Below, one piece after another: positions 1-10,100 of a stretch of 34,277 bases of DNA; the first letter of the stretch is position 1, and every line of letters begins with the position of its first letter. Under the pieces are notes generated by a model. The model was given only the letters and a program-made list of their open reading frames with translations. It made no database searches and was not told the origin of the DNA. The position numbers and the translations under genes were made by a program. Source of the stretch: a virus; the UHGV virus genome UHGV-0115522; one strand, given 5' to 3'.

Positions 1-861
1 CCATCAGCAAAAGGGGATGATAAGTTTATCACCACCGACTATTTGCAACAGTGCCCCCGAGGCCTACTAAAGGATATTGAGTCAAGCAATGTACTTACAG
101 TTGAGCAGCAGGCAGAGACAGATCAAATAGCAACGGCAGTAAACCAAATGGTGGCAAGCATTCAAGAGGTTGCGAGCAATGCACAGCATGCTGCAGATGC
201 GGCCGGAAGAGCAGACACTGAGACGGCATCTGGCCAGCGTCTGGTAGCCCACACAAGCCAGTCAATCACTGCCCTTGAAGGTGAAATTAGGCAAGCCACT
301 CAGGTTATTCATGAGCTTGAAGGTCAAAGTAACGAGATATCAAAAGTTCTTGACGTTATACGAGGGATCGCCGAGCAAACGAATTTGTTGGCACTCAACG
401 CAGCAATTGAGGCCGCGCGTGCTGGTGAGCAGGGGCGTGGTTTTGCTGTTGTCGCCGATGAGGTTCGCAGTCTTGCTGCTCGCACACAGCAATCGACAAC
501 GGATATTCAAAGCATGATCAGCGCTCTACAAGAGCGAGCGCAATCCGCTGTTACAGTCATGGAGCAAAGTAGTCGGCAAGCGCACACGAGTGTAGCTCAC
601 GCAGAGGAAGCAGCTACAGCTCTTGATGGAATTGGCCAACGCGTTAACGAAATTACCGACATGAACGCGCAAATAGCGACTGCGGTCGAGCAGCAGGGAG
701 CAGTAAGTGAAGACATAAACCGCAGTATTATCAATATACGCGATGCTGCTGATACCAATGTACAGACCGGGCAGAATAATTTGCAAAGTGCGAAATCTGT
801 CGCTCAGTTAACTAGCGCTCTGAGCGAACTGGCAAAACAGTTTTGGGAAAAACGAGGATAA
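1..861 (+). CDS. Methyl-accepting chemotaxis protein, C-terminal signalling domain; 5' end lies outside the window
   Basis: Frame 1 is open from base 1 (listed start at 43 is TTG). Translation contains the conserved MCP signalling motif [36 protein letters not shown]. Stop at 859-861. Confidence 0.85.
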   Translation, partial: PSAKGDDKFITTDYLQQCPRGLLKDIESSNVLTVEQQAETDQIATAVNQMVASIQEVASNAQHAADAAGRADTETASGQRLVAHTSQSITALEGEIRQATQVIHELEGQSNEISKVLDVIRGIAEQTNLLALNAAIEAARAGEQGRGFAVVADEVRSLAARTQQSTTDIQSMISALQERAQSAVTVMEQSSRQAHTSVAHAEEAATALDGIGQRVNEITDMNAQIATAVEQQGAVSEDINRSIINIRDAADTNVQTGQNNLQSAKSVAQLTSALSELAKQFWEKRG

Positions 862-881
862 CGCTTTTCAGTATCTCGACA

Positions 882-915
882 GGGATAACTTACTTTACCA
901 TCGGTTATCCCTTTT
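882..915 (+). terminator. Putative intrinsic terminator after the MCP gene
   Basis: Inverted repeat gggataac (882-889) / gttatccc (904-911) followed by TTTT (912-915), about 20 nt after the stop codon. The loop is long (14 nt), so this is tentative. Confidence 0.35.
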
Positions 916-1097
916 AGCCGCACAAATTTTAGCCATGGCTTTTCAGGAAGTCAGGGCTATCAGAATGGCCTTAGAAAGCCTAGTCAAAGAGCTGTCACGA
1001 GAACACCGTTAGCTTAGCGTACGATTTTTTCCGAATTCTGCGGTTCCCCCATTAAGTAGTGAGTCCAAAGTCGTATTACGAAATGGCGGCAAAACTA

Positions 1098-1114
1098 TAA
1101 TTTATTAGAGCAAT
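1098..1114 (-). promoter_or_regulatory. P1 C1-repressor operator-like site
   Basis: Reverse complement reads ATTGCTCTAATAAATTA, 16/17 matches to the C1 operator consensus as I recall it. Confidence 0.7.
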
Positions 1115-1180
1115 TGTCAAACAACTATGAAAAACAATCCAGTTTTTAGCTGGTGGAGTGGGATTTTTCTCTCAAAATTT

Positions 1181-1197
1181 ATTGCTCTAATAATTCT
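1181..1197 (+). promoter_or_regulatory. P1 C1-repressor operator-like site
   Basis: ATTGCTCTAATAATTCT, 15/17 to consensus. Opposite orientation to the site at 1098-1114, 66 bp away. Confidence 0.7.
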
Positions 1198-1240
1198 TGA
1201 TTTTTGTGCGCAGCTGGACGTAAACTCCTCTTCGGACCTA

Positions 1241-1274
1241 ATAACTTCGTATAGCATACATTATACGAAGTTAT
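1241..1274. other. loxP: loxP site (Cre recombination target)
   Basis: Exact ATAACTTCGTATA-GCATACAT-TATACGAAGTTAT: two 13-bp inverted repeats around an 8-bp asymmetric spacer. Confidence 0.97.
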
Positions 1275-1455
1275 CTTAAGGGTTATTGAACATGATCAAT
1301 TTACCTGTAAATCCATACAGTTAAATACCTTATCAGGTCAAATAGTGATCATTTGATCAAGGTTGCGCTACGTAAAATCTGCGAAATGTTGGCAGTGTTA
1401 GTGCTCCAGATTTCGCGTAGCGCACTTAGCACCACCAATCAATCAGAGGTGAAAA

Positions 1456-1677
1456 ATGGGATATTCAGCTGCTAAAGTGTCCACTCATCTTGAGCTTGAG
1501 AAAAACCGTGGTTACTGGCGGGCAAAAGGGTTTGATCGTGATAGTTGCCAACTGTCATTATCGCGCGGTGAAGAGAAAATAGAACGCACGCGCGGTCGCT
1601 GGCGTTTCTATGACGAGAACCATAAACAGGTAAAGGCAGAGCCAATCCTGTACACTTTACTTAAAACTATTATCTGA
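1456..1677 (+). CDS. Small protein immediately upstream of cre
   Basis: 73-aa ORF with GAGGTG Shine-Dalgarno 6 nt upstream of ATG; ends 8 nt before cre. No recognisable motif. Confidence 0.5.
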   Translation: MGYSAAKVSTHLELEKNRGYWRAKGFDRDSCQLSLSRGEEKIERTRGRWRFYDENHKQVKAEPILYTLLKTII

Positions 1678-1684
1678 GTGTTAA

Positions 1685-2716
1685 ATGTCCAATTTACTGA
1701 CCGTACACCAAAATTTGCCTGCATTACCGGTCGATGCAACGAGTGATGAGGTTCGCAAGAACCTGATGGACATGTTCAGGGATCGCCAGGCGTTTTCTGA
1801 GCATACCTGGAAAATGCTTCTGTCCGTTTGCCGGTCGTGGGCGGCATGGTGCAAGTTGAATAACCGGAAGTGGTTTCCCGCAGAACCTGAAGATGTTCGC
1901 GATTATCTTCTATATCTTCAGGCGCGCGGTCTGGCAGTAAAAACTATCCAGCAACATTTGGGCCAGCTAAACATGCTTCATCGTCGGTCCGGGCTGCCAC
2001 GACCAAGTGACAGCAATGCTGTTTCACTGGTCATGCGGCGGATTCGAAAAGAAAACGTTGATGCCGGTGAACGTGCAAAACAGGCATTGGCGTTCGAACG
2101 CACTGATTTCGACCAGGTTCGTTCACTCATGGAAAATAGCGATCGCTGCCAGGATATACGTAATCTGGCATTTCTGGGTATCGCTTATAACACCCTGTTA
2201 CGTATAGCCGAAATTGCCAGGATCAGGGTTAAAGATATCTCACGTACAGACGGTGGGAGAATGTTAATCCATATTGGCAGAACGAAAACGCTGGTTAGTA
2301 CCGCGGGTGTAGAGAAGGCACTTAGCCTGGGGGTAACTAAACTGGTCGAACGATGGATTTCTGTCTCTGGTGTGGCTGATGATCCGAATAACTACTTGTT
2401 TTGCCGGGTCAGAAAAAATGGTGTTGCCTCGCCATCGCCCACCAGCCAGCTATCAACTCGCGCCCTGGAAGGGATTTTTGAAGCAACTCACCGATTGATT
2501 TACGGGGCTAAGGATGACTCTGGCCAGAGGTACCTGGCCTGGTCTGGACACAGTGCCCGTGTCGGAGCCGCGCGAGATATGGCCCGTGCCGGAGTTTCAA
2601 TACCGGAGATCATGCAAGCTGGTGGCTGGACCAACGTAAATATTGTCATGAACTATATCCGTAACCTGGATAGTGAAACAGGGGCAATGGTGCGTCTGCT
2701 GGAAGATGGCGATTAG
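1685..2716 (+). CDS. cre: Cre tyrosine site-specific recombinase
   Basis: 343-aa translation (MSNLLTVHQNLPALPVDATSDEVRKNLMDMFRDRQAFSEHTWKMLLSVCRSWAAWCKLNNRKWFPAEPEDVRDYLLYLQARGLAVKTIQQHLGQLNMLHRRSGLPRP...MVRLLEDGD) matches P1 Cre along its whole length from memory. A few substitutions (GVASPSPTS where I recall GVAAPSATS) point to a natural variant. Confidence 0.97.
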   Translation: MSNLLTVHQNLPALPVDATSDEVRKNLMDMFRDRQAFSEHTWKMLLSVCRSWAAWCKLNNRKWFPAEPEDVRDYLLYLQARGLAVKTIQQHLGQLNMLHRRSGLPRPSDSNAVSLVMRRIRKENVDAGERAKQALAFERTDFDQVRSLMENSDRCQDIRNLAFLGIAYNTLLRIAEIARIRVKDISRTDGGRMLIHIGRTKTLVSTAGVEKALSLGVTKLVERWISVSGVADDPNNYLFCRVRKNGVASPSPTSQLSTRALEGIFEATHRLIYGAKDDSGQRYLAWSGHSARVGAARDMARAGVSIPEIMQAGGWTNVNIVMNYIRNLDSETGAMVRLLEDGD

Positions 2717-2733
2717 CCATTAACGCGTAAATG

Positions 2734-2750
2734 ATTGCTCTAATTCTTTG
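2734..2750 (+). promoter_or_regulatory. P1 C1-repressor operator-like site
   Basis: ATTGCTCTAATTCTTTG, 13/17 to consensus (first 11 positions exact), 18 nt after the cre stop. Confidence 0.55.
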
Positions 2751-2867
2751 ATATTTATGGTGACATATGAGAAAGGATTTCAACATCGATGGAAAATATG
2801 TAGGGCTGTCTGTAAGCACTAATATTCAGTCGCCAGCCGTCATTGTCACTGTAAAGCGAGCGATAGA

Positions 2868-3077
2868 ATGCCTGATATTGATTCAATATCCGTTGCGTTC
2901 CCTGTCAAAAGTATGCGTGGTGCTGAACATTTCGTGATGAATGCCACCGAGGAAGAAACACGGCGCGGTTTTGCTAAAGTGATGTCTGAGTTTGGCGAAT
3001 TTTTGGGGCACGTTGACAAAGCCCTCTCAATCAGTTCAGCAAGGTCCAAAGCGTTAACAACTTCCATGATGAAATAA
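2868..3077 (+). CDS. Hypothetical small protein between cre and ref (position of c8 in P1 as I recall)
   Basis: 69-aa ORF in the cre-ref interval; weak ribosome-binding site; no motif recognised. Confidence 0.4.
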   Translation: MPDIDSISVAFPVKSMRGAEHFVMNATEEETRRGFAKVMSEFGEFLGHVDKALSISSARSKALTTSMMK

Positions 3078-3082
3078 AAAAA

Positions 3083-3103
3083 AGCCTGGCAAGGAGCCAG
3101 GCT
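3083..3103. terminator. GC-rich hairpin flanked by an A-run
   Basis: agcctggc-aagga-gccaggct (8-bp stem) right after the 2868-3077 stop. Preceded by A8, so on the minus strand it is followed by a T-run. Direction of function unclear. Confidence 0.35.
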
Positions 3104-3209
3104 GCACAAAAGAGCGGGTTTGTATTCCGCATCCAATCAATCAAGAAGGAGTATAGCACACAGGTACTGAAGTGAAAAAATGTGATTAGCGATAAACAAA
3201 ATATCTATC

Positions 3210-3226
3210 ATTGCTCTAATTAATCG
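3210..3226 (+). promoter_or_regulatory. C1 operator-like site overlapping the ref promoter
   Basis: ATTGCTCTAATTAATCG (14/17), immediately followed by a TATAAT -10 hexamer at 3227-3232, about 95 nt upstream of the ref ATG. Confidence 0.7.
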
Positions 3227-3324
3227 CTATAATTGAGCCGCAGTTTTTGTCAACTACGAAGACGTTGCCATTACTTCACTCCTTGACATCATTGGCGGCC
3301 ATTAGGCCGCCTTTTTTTTGCCAT

Positions 3325-3885
3325 ATGAAAACAATCGAACAAAAAATTGAACAGTGCCGCAAGTGGCAGAAGGCAGCCAGAGAACGAGCGATCGCTCGGC
3401 AACGGGAGAAGTTGGCTGATCCGGTCTGGCGAGAATCTCAATATCAGAAAATGCGGGATACTCTCGACCGCCGTATCGCTAAACAGAAAGAGCGCCCACC
3501 AGCCAGCAAAACGCGGAAAAGCGCGGTAAAAATAAAATCTCGTGGCTTGAAGGGGAGAACACCAACGGCGGAGGAACGGCGCATCGCCAATGCTCTTGGC
3601 GCTCTCCCCTGCATTGCCTGCTATATGCATGGAGTAATATCTAATGAGGTGTCTCTGCACCATATCGCCGGTCGTACCGCGCCGGGTTGTCATAAAAAGC
3701 AATTGCCACTTTGTAGATGGCACCACCAGCATGCAGCTCCGGCTGAAGTAAGAGCAAAATACCCCTGGCTGGTCCCTGTTCATGCCGATGGTGTGGTTGG
3801 AGGCAAGAAAGAATTCACCCTGCTGAACAAGTCAGAGATGGAGTTACTGGCTGACGCCTATGAGATGGCAAACATCATGCACTAA
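3325..3885 (+). CDS. ref: Ref (recombination enhancement function), HNH-type endonuclease
   Basis: 186-aa translation from ATG 3325 (MKTIEQKIEQCRKWQKAARERAIARQREKLADPVWRESQYQKMRDTLDRRIAKQKERPPASKTRKSAVKIKSRGLKGRTPTAEERRIANALGALPCIACYMHGVISNEVSLHHIAGRTAPGCHKKQLPLCRWHHQ...) matches P1 Ref from memory. The listed 3247 start is an upstream in-frame extension. Confidence 0.85.
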   Translation: MKTIEQKIEQCRKWQKAARERAIARQREKLADPVWRESQYQKMRDTLDRRIAKQKERPPASKTRKSAVKIKSRGLKGRTPTAEERRIANALGALPCIACYMHGVISNEVSLHHIAGRTAPGCHKKQLPLCRWHHQHAAPAEVRAKYPWLVPVHADGVVGGKKEFTLLNKSEMELLADAYEMANIMH

Positions 3886-4073
3886 TAAATATATTATTTT
3901 TAATGATAAATGATTGACAACTGACAAGTGACTTCAGTCAGAATCATCACATGCCCGGTACGGATGGATCCCCTTTCAAATATTCCATGGACGGCACAGT
4001 CTGAGTACCGGGCGCTACCTTCAGTTGTATTGCTAAGCCGCCGCTGGTGGCTTTTCTTTTTTGTAGGGGCGCT

Positions 4074-4718
4074 ATGGATAAGAAAATATGCGTTGTTTCA
4101 ATGAGCGTCGGCAAACCGGCGTCAATGACTGCTGCATGGATCAACAATGAGCTGATAATGGCTGAGCGGACCAGCTACCCTGAACGCCGCCGCGATATGG
4201 AACTCCAGCTGCTGCGCGAATTGCGAGAAAAAGAGGAAAAGGGTTTTATCGTGCTGGTGGAAGAGGAAAACAGCTTTATTACCGGTCGAGTTGGCCAGCG
4301 TGTAAGGTTGCGTGATCCCTTCATGAACGGCAGGCCGGTACTAATTGAAGCAATGCAGATTTACAAGGAGTTGGAACGCCAGAAAGCGATCAAGTTACCG
4401 CGCAAGGAATCCGGCAAATACATCCTCCACCAAAGCATCTTCGATTCCGAACACGATAAAAAAGGCGATGAGTTTTTCAACATCAACTGGAGCGAAATAA
4501 CGACAGAGCATGTTCTGACGTTGTTATGCTGCTTCGCAACAGAATACAACAACGTGGTAAGCGCAGACTACATCAGGACAATGACAGACACCGTTACTAA
4601 ACAAGACAACGAATATTCACCATATGAGCCATTTGTAAATATGATAAAAGCATTTTATCGGATGGAGCTCACTAAAGTTCCTCAAGGTAAATTAACAGGT
4701 AAGGATAACATCTTTTAA
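4074..4718 (+). CDS. Hypothetical protein (position of mat in P1 as I recall)
   Basis: 214 aa from ATG 4074 (MDKKICVV...) with AGGGG ribosome-binding site; listed ORF starts 27 nt upstream at a non-ATG codon. Confidence 0.6.
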   Translation: MDKKICVVSMSVGKPASMTAAWINNELIMAERTSYPERRRDMELQLLRELREKEEKGFIVLVEEENSFITGRVGQRVRLRDPFMNGRPVLIEAMQIYKELERQKAIKLPRKESGKYILHQSIFDSEHDKKGDEFFNINWSEITTEHVLTLLCCFATEYNNVVSADYIRTMTDTVTKQDNEYSPYEPFVNMIKAFYRMELTKVPQGKLTGKDNIF

Positions 4719-4771
4719 GCACAGTAATGAGGTGCTTAGATGTTCATATCAATATCCTAACTCTCTGCATC

Positions 4772-5461
4772 TCATAAATCTGATAGCCACTTACTATCTA
4801 TGGACTCAATCTCCGTCAGCGGAATTGATGGGAAAAAATATCCCTGAGCGCCCCATAGCCCTATCCCTTTTGATAACTTATGGCAATCAATGTTTTCGAC
4901 GCCTTCAGCGATGATATTCGGACATAACTTTTTTAAATTGCTAATAATGACATCAAAATGAGGCTTAATCATATGCTCTTGAAAAAATGACTTATCAAGT
5001 TTTATTGCATGATATTTATTTTTAATTAATGCTTTCATGGTGGCGTTACCACTTCCAAAATCATCAAGCCAAACATTATCTGTCAAAGTCAGTAGAAAGG
5101 ATATGATGTAATCCTCATCGCTTAAATCAGGATAGTTTTCTGATATCTCAATCGCTATAAATTTATTGTTTATTAGTAGTTCTTGAATTTGTTTATTGCC
5201 ATATATATATAAACAGGTATCATAATCTGCATTGATAGAGCATAATATATTATGGCATTCAAAAAAATACTTATACTTGATTATTGTGTTAAGTTGAGAT
5301 TTTAGCAAGTTAATCTTCATCTTGCTTGTAAACATACCTAATACTTTCTGAGTAGAAAGAATAGCCCCCTCGTTGGAATAAAATCTGCTCAACACTTCCA
5401 CTGCTATCAACTTGTTAGTGCTTGTGGAAATGATTGGTTCTACTATGTAGATAACTTCCAT
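4772..5461 (-). CDS. Standalone EAL-domain protein, predicted c-di-GMP phosphodiesterase
   Basis: 229 aa with EAL signature positions in order: EVL (in AVEVLSRF), EISE, DDFGSGNAT, IKLDKSF, IIAEGVEN, AQGYFF. GAGGG-type SD upstream of ATG. Gene is visibly AT-rich relative to the P1-like flanks. Confidence 0.8.
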   Translation of the reverse strand: MEVIYIVEPIISTSTNKLIAVEVLSRFYSNEGAILSTQKVLGMFTSKMKINLLKSQLNTIIKYKYFFECHNILCSINADYDTCLYIYGNKQIQELLINNKFIAIEISENYPDLSDEDYIISFLLTLTDNVWLDDFGSGNATMKALIKNKYHAIKLDKSFFQEHMIKPHFDVIISNLKKLCPNIIAEGVENIDCHKLSKGIGLWGAQGYFFPSIPLTEIESIDSKWLSDL

Positions 5462-5683
5462 GCTCCCACCCTCTATTTTTAAATTGGTTGGCTTTAGCAG
5501 ATAAAGTGCCCTTTATATTTACAGGGGTTACACACTATGTCAATTTATTTATCTGTAGTGAAATTGATAAAAATTAAATAATAAAAAGCAGCAACTATGA
5601 CACAAATCAATATTTTTATTTTTTGCACAACTTCTTGATTTCAGTGCTGCTGTATCTCTATTCTTGTTCAAAGCCTCTTTAGA

Positions 5684-6417
5684 ATGGTGGTAGCTATGTC
5701 AGGAGTCTGTTACTTCATCCTTATAAAGAAACCGATAAATTTTCAATTTCTTAAGGATTTCTTAATATTAAATTATGGTGATGTGCTGTTGCTTAAACAT
5801 TCTGAACGCGAATTCTTACAAACCTATTCAGATAAATATATCGAATTCGAACTTAATGATAGTGCTGTAAGAAACTATTTATCTTGTCACAATCACCAAG
5901 GGAAGCAACTTCTGGATAAATGCCCACATTTGCTAAAAAAGTCTTTTGCTTATCCTGATTTATTAATCAGGATGATCGATAATATAAGTGACCAGAATCA
6001 TATACATCCTGATTTTAAGGATGCTTTAACTTTTTCATTACTTTCAATTTTTAGTGATGTTGACAACCTTAGAGCTTTTCTTAAGTCTGGTATGCCTACT
6101 TTCTCAGGGAAAGTACGCAGCATATTTCTTTCAGATGTATCTAAACATTGGAAACTAAGAGACTTAACTGATTATCTATACATAGTGAGAGTTTAATAAA
6201 GAAAAAACTCTTATTAGAAAACACCTCCTTCAGTAAGTTATTACTTGATACACGAATGGCTTTTGCTATTAAATTACTAAAGCAAACCCGCCCCCTCAAA
6301 CAAGTATCAAAAAGTTGTGGTTTTAGTAGCATATCGTACTTTGTGTGCCTATTTAGGCAGTATTATAATTGTACACCATGTGAATATGTAAAACATCAGT
6401 TATCATCTGGGAAATAA
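5684..6417 (+). pseudogene. AraC-family transcriptional regulator interrupted by a frameshift
   Basis: Frame 2 ORF (5684-6196) ends with the first helix of an AraC HTH (KHWKLRDLTDYLYI). Frame 1 continues from about 6172 to stop 6415-6417 with the rest of the domain (SESLIKKKLL...LDTRMAFAIKLLKQTRPLKQVSKSCGFSSISYF...YYNCTPCEYVKHQ). The shift is near 6181-6190 and not in a homopolymer. Confidence 0.55.
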
Positions 6418-6455
6418 GATGCATTTATCTCCCAGATAGTATTGTAATATTAAAC

Positions 6456-6704
6456 TCAGTCAGCATTTAGTAGCAGAGCATTATCTATGATGATCTGCTC
6501 CCATTCTTCGAATGCCCGGTCGCGGACGCCCTGGGGAACGCTGTTTGTTTTGAAATCGACGACCGTCCGCCATTTCCCGTCCGGACGGTACATGCGCAGA
6601 GCTTTACTTCCCCCTTCCCTGCGCACCTCAACGTTATGCTTGTCAGCAAACTCTTGTAATGCTCGTAGCGTCCCATGCTTTACTGTGTAGTATCGCTTTT
6701 TCAA
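6456..6704 (-). CDS. lxc: Lxc/Bof-like C1 co-repressor (tentative)
   Basis: 82-aa ORF; size and position (downstream of the darB-like gene, same strand) fit P1 lxc/bof as I recall. Assignment rests on synteny and length, not a verified alignment. Confidence 0.5.
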   Translation of the reverse strand: MKKRYYTVKHGTLRALQEFADKHNVEVRREGGSKALRMYRPDGKWRTVVDFKTNSVPQGVRDRAFEEWEQIIIDNALLLNAD

Positions 6705-7141
6705 GTTTTCTCTCCAGCCTGTGCCAAGGCTTCAACTTCCAAATCGTAAGACTCAAACTCATAGTCCTGGTCGTCAACTTCTTCAGGGACTGGCAGTAAA
6801 TGCCAGGCTGAGTATATCTGACCATTATCAAAACGCTCCTGGCTGTAGAGCGTCGCGGCTATGAGTGTTAGCGCCGGGCGGTCATAACGGTAAAATTTGC
6901 GAACGTCACGGTCAACGAGACGACCGAAATTACCATAACCGCGCTCCAGTAATAATTTTTTAATTTCCGGCCAGTATGGGCCATAGCTGCGGTACAGGCG
7001 GGGATTTTTCAGTAATCGCCCGCGTAGCCCTGACAGGAAGAAATCAACGTATTCGTCTTCTGTCTTTCCTAACAACGCTGTACGGAGTACCGCCTCAAGA
7101 TATGTTTTATTCGGTTTTATTGTATCAGATAGTGTGGCCAT
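6701..7141 (-). CDS. Hypothetical protein (position of ulx in P1 as I recall)
   Basis: 146-aa ORF overlapping the next gene by 4 nt (translational coupling); no motif recognised. Confidence 0.5.
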   Translation of the reverse strand: MATLSDTIKPNKTYLEAVLRTALLGKTEDEYVDFFLSGLRGRLLKNPRLYRSYGPYWPEIKKLLLERGYGNFGRLVDRDVRKFYRYDRPALTLIAATLYSQERFDNGQIYSAWHLLPVPEEVDDQDYEFESYDLEVEALAQAGEKT

Positions 7142-7174
7142 ATTATGCGACGCCCGGCGAACCGGGCGCTCCTG

Positions 7175-10100
7175 TTATGCGTATTGTTGGATGACGGCCA
7201 GAACGTCCGCCACGTTGTGTTTTGTCTCGATAATCCACCAGTTGCCCGGGAAATCGCTGTTCTTCGCCTTCGCTGGCAGCCAGCGAGCGCCGAATTTTTT
7301 CTTGATTGCGTCTTTAGCACGGAAAAGAACGCCTTTCATGCCGGACGCCTCCTGAAGCCCAAATACCTCACCAGCTGCGAATTTTGGTGCGTACATCATC
7401 TTCAGGTCGGCGGTGGATACGCGATAATTCAGACCAAGAGACTGAGCTATGCTGGTGGCATCACCCTGTATTGATGATAACTCTTCTTGTTTCTCGTTTC
7501 TGGCGGCAATTTCTTCCTCCGTGATGTTGCCTAGGGCCAGGTTTATCCGATCAGCGTCGGCCTGTTTCTCTTCATCGGTGCGCCCGGCAAGAACCGTGTT
7601 AATTCTCTGCAATATCTCAACATGATTCTTGCGCATGCTAAGCAATTCCGGCGTAACCTCGTTAAGGTCCACCAGCCCAAGGATGGCAAGGTCGGAAAAC
7701 ATTGATACCAGGTTGTAGGTCATGCGATAGCTGAGTTGCCCATAGGCTGATGGCAACTGCACCGCATCCATTTGATAGGCATCCATAAATTTAGAGCCGT
7801 CGTTTACGACATCCGCAATTGCCGGTGTGATTTTCCCTGTGGTGGCGACCTCCCTGATTGCTGTTACCCACGATTGAGTCAGCGCGGCGACTGCATGATT
7901 CAGATTGGCTTTCCGTTCTGCTGCAATACGCGCGCTTGCAGCGTCCATTGCCTGCTTGATCTCGTCTTTATTGCTGTAAATGCCAATGGTGCCAAACTGT
8001 GCTGTGGTGATCTCATAATCTGACGCCCGGAACTCATGGGTACCGAAAATGGCATTGGTGACCTCAAGTTCAGAATCCCCGTTACGAGTAGCCCCCTGGC
8101 TTGTTTTCTCCGGCATTCTGGCGATCGCATCCGCTATTTTCTCCTGAATTGCTTCAGGGGATAGCGTATCTCCGTATGACGCGATTACTTCGCCATAATT
8201 GGAGCCAAACAGTTCAGTCAGGAATACTTCTGCCAAACGGACCTGGCGGTTATTCCCTTCCGACATCATACCAAGCACCCATTTTGCAATTGACGACTTC
8301 AGCGCGCCGTCACGGCGATCCTGGTAAACCGCATGCTTCAGTGGGTCCGTATAGGTACCAACAAAATCAATGCTATAGCCTGACTCTGTAGTCTGAACGC
8401 CGTATGAGTCAGTGATTTTGATCATGCCGCGCTGCTGGAAACGGTAGAAATCGTCACAGGAAATGATGTCGTTAATCCCGGCGATGGAGACGCCACCACT
8501 GATTTTCTGCATAACAGCATCTTCATCGGGAGTTACATCCACCTGTTTATCCAGCGTCTTCACATCCCAGTTACCCGATTTGGTGCCTTTGAAGGTAAAG
8601 ATGATCTCCACGTCTGCGCGCTGGCTGTCGAAGTCCAGCGACTTAATGCGAACGATATCACCGGCACAATCGTAGTATTGGCCTACACGCCATGAGCGAT
8701 CGCCGATAACAAGGAACTCATTCGCATGGTTAACCAGATCAGGATCAACATCCAGAATGCCTTTATTTATTGCATCCTCCACCAGCGGGCGCAGGCGTTT
8801 GATATCCGTCGCGGCCTTCTGAGTACGGTTCAATAATTTCTCATAGCGGGAGATGGCTTGAGTGATATTAGCCTTGCGCTGAATGGCGCTTTTCAACGAC
8901 GCGCGATAATGTGCTAACAACGTACGGTCTGTGTGATGGACGCTACCCCAGCGGGCCTTCCAGTCTGCATTATCAGCTGCTTTGGCCATTACCGCCTGTT
9001 TAAATTTAGCTACCTCGGCGGTGGTCTTTTCAAGTTCCGCTTTACTTCGCTCTAATTCAGCGGTAAGAGCCGCAACATCCTCGCCAGCTGCATGTTGCGC
9101 CTTGATGTAGTTCTGAAGGTCGATAGCGGCCTGTTCTTTCTGGCGGGCGCGTTGCGCGGCTTTCGCCTTATCCATTTGAACCTGCATCATTGCCAGACGT
9201 TCGCCATCATCCTTAGCGGTATACATCTGCATTTCGATCATATCGTTGGCGTCGGCGTTCTCCATTTCTGACTTATCTGAACGGAGGATATCGGAGATCC
9301 AGCCTGCTTTACGCTTCAGCGTCTTCAGTCGGTATTCATCGAAAGAACCCTTGCCGCAGTAGTAATGAACGCGAACGCTTGCACGGTTGGAGCCAACTCG
9401 GGCACCGCGACCGTTACGCTGTGCGACACTGGCTGGTGTCCATGGCAACGTCAGATGATGGATGTCAGTCGTTCCTCGATGCAGGTTGATACCCACCTCT
9501 GCCTTTTTGTTGCAGATGATGATCGGAGTCCGGCCCTCCTGGAAGTCGGCTGCAATCTTTTCCAGACCGCCCAACGACATTTCATTTTGCTGCGCGATAT
9601 AGGCGTCATACAGAGCCATTTGCTCGTTGTATTTCGCTATCTGTGCATCTGTTGGTTCATCCGGTAACTCTTTCGGCGGTTTAACCGCTTTCAGTTTCTT
9701 ACCGGTTTTACCTGCCTCGGCAACCGTCTGAGCATTCAGGATCCTTACCTTTGAAGGTTCAAGGTTAAGAGCATTGCAGATAATGCGCTTGAGCTTCTGG
9801 TGCTGCGTTTTTTCGTCGGTGAAGATGATTTGCTTCCCTTCCGGGAAAAACTCCTTCAGCGTGGCAATCAGCTTCGCGTATTTGGGCGTAACGGGGTGAG
9901 TTACGGTCTGTTCGTCAATGCCAAACCTGGCCAGGCGCTTATTCACTTCCTGCTCGAACGCTTCCGGAACCTGCAACTGAATAAACTCGCCCTTATCTAT
10001 CAGGGAGTATTGCGATTGCTGCGTGATTGAATCATCACTGTCGTCGTCTTCGCTGGTGGCTTGTTTAGGCAAACTGTCCGCCAGCTGCTGCACCGCATCG

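Noticed and set aside
1241-2716. Perfect loxP plus cre raised the possibility of an engineered Cre-lox construct
   Set aside because: The surrounding sequence is native phage context (operator-like sites, ref, phd-doc, c1-coi, IS elements), and the Cre translation differs at a few positions from the laboratory sequence I recall, so a natural P1-family element is the better explanation.
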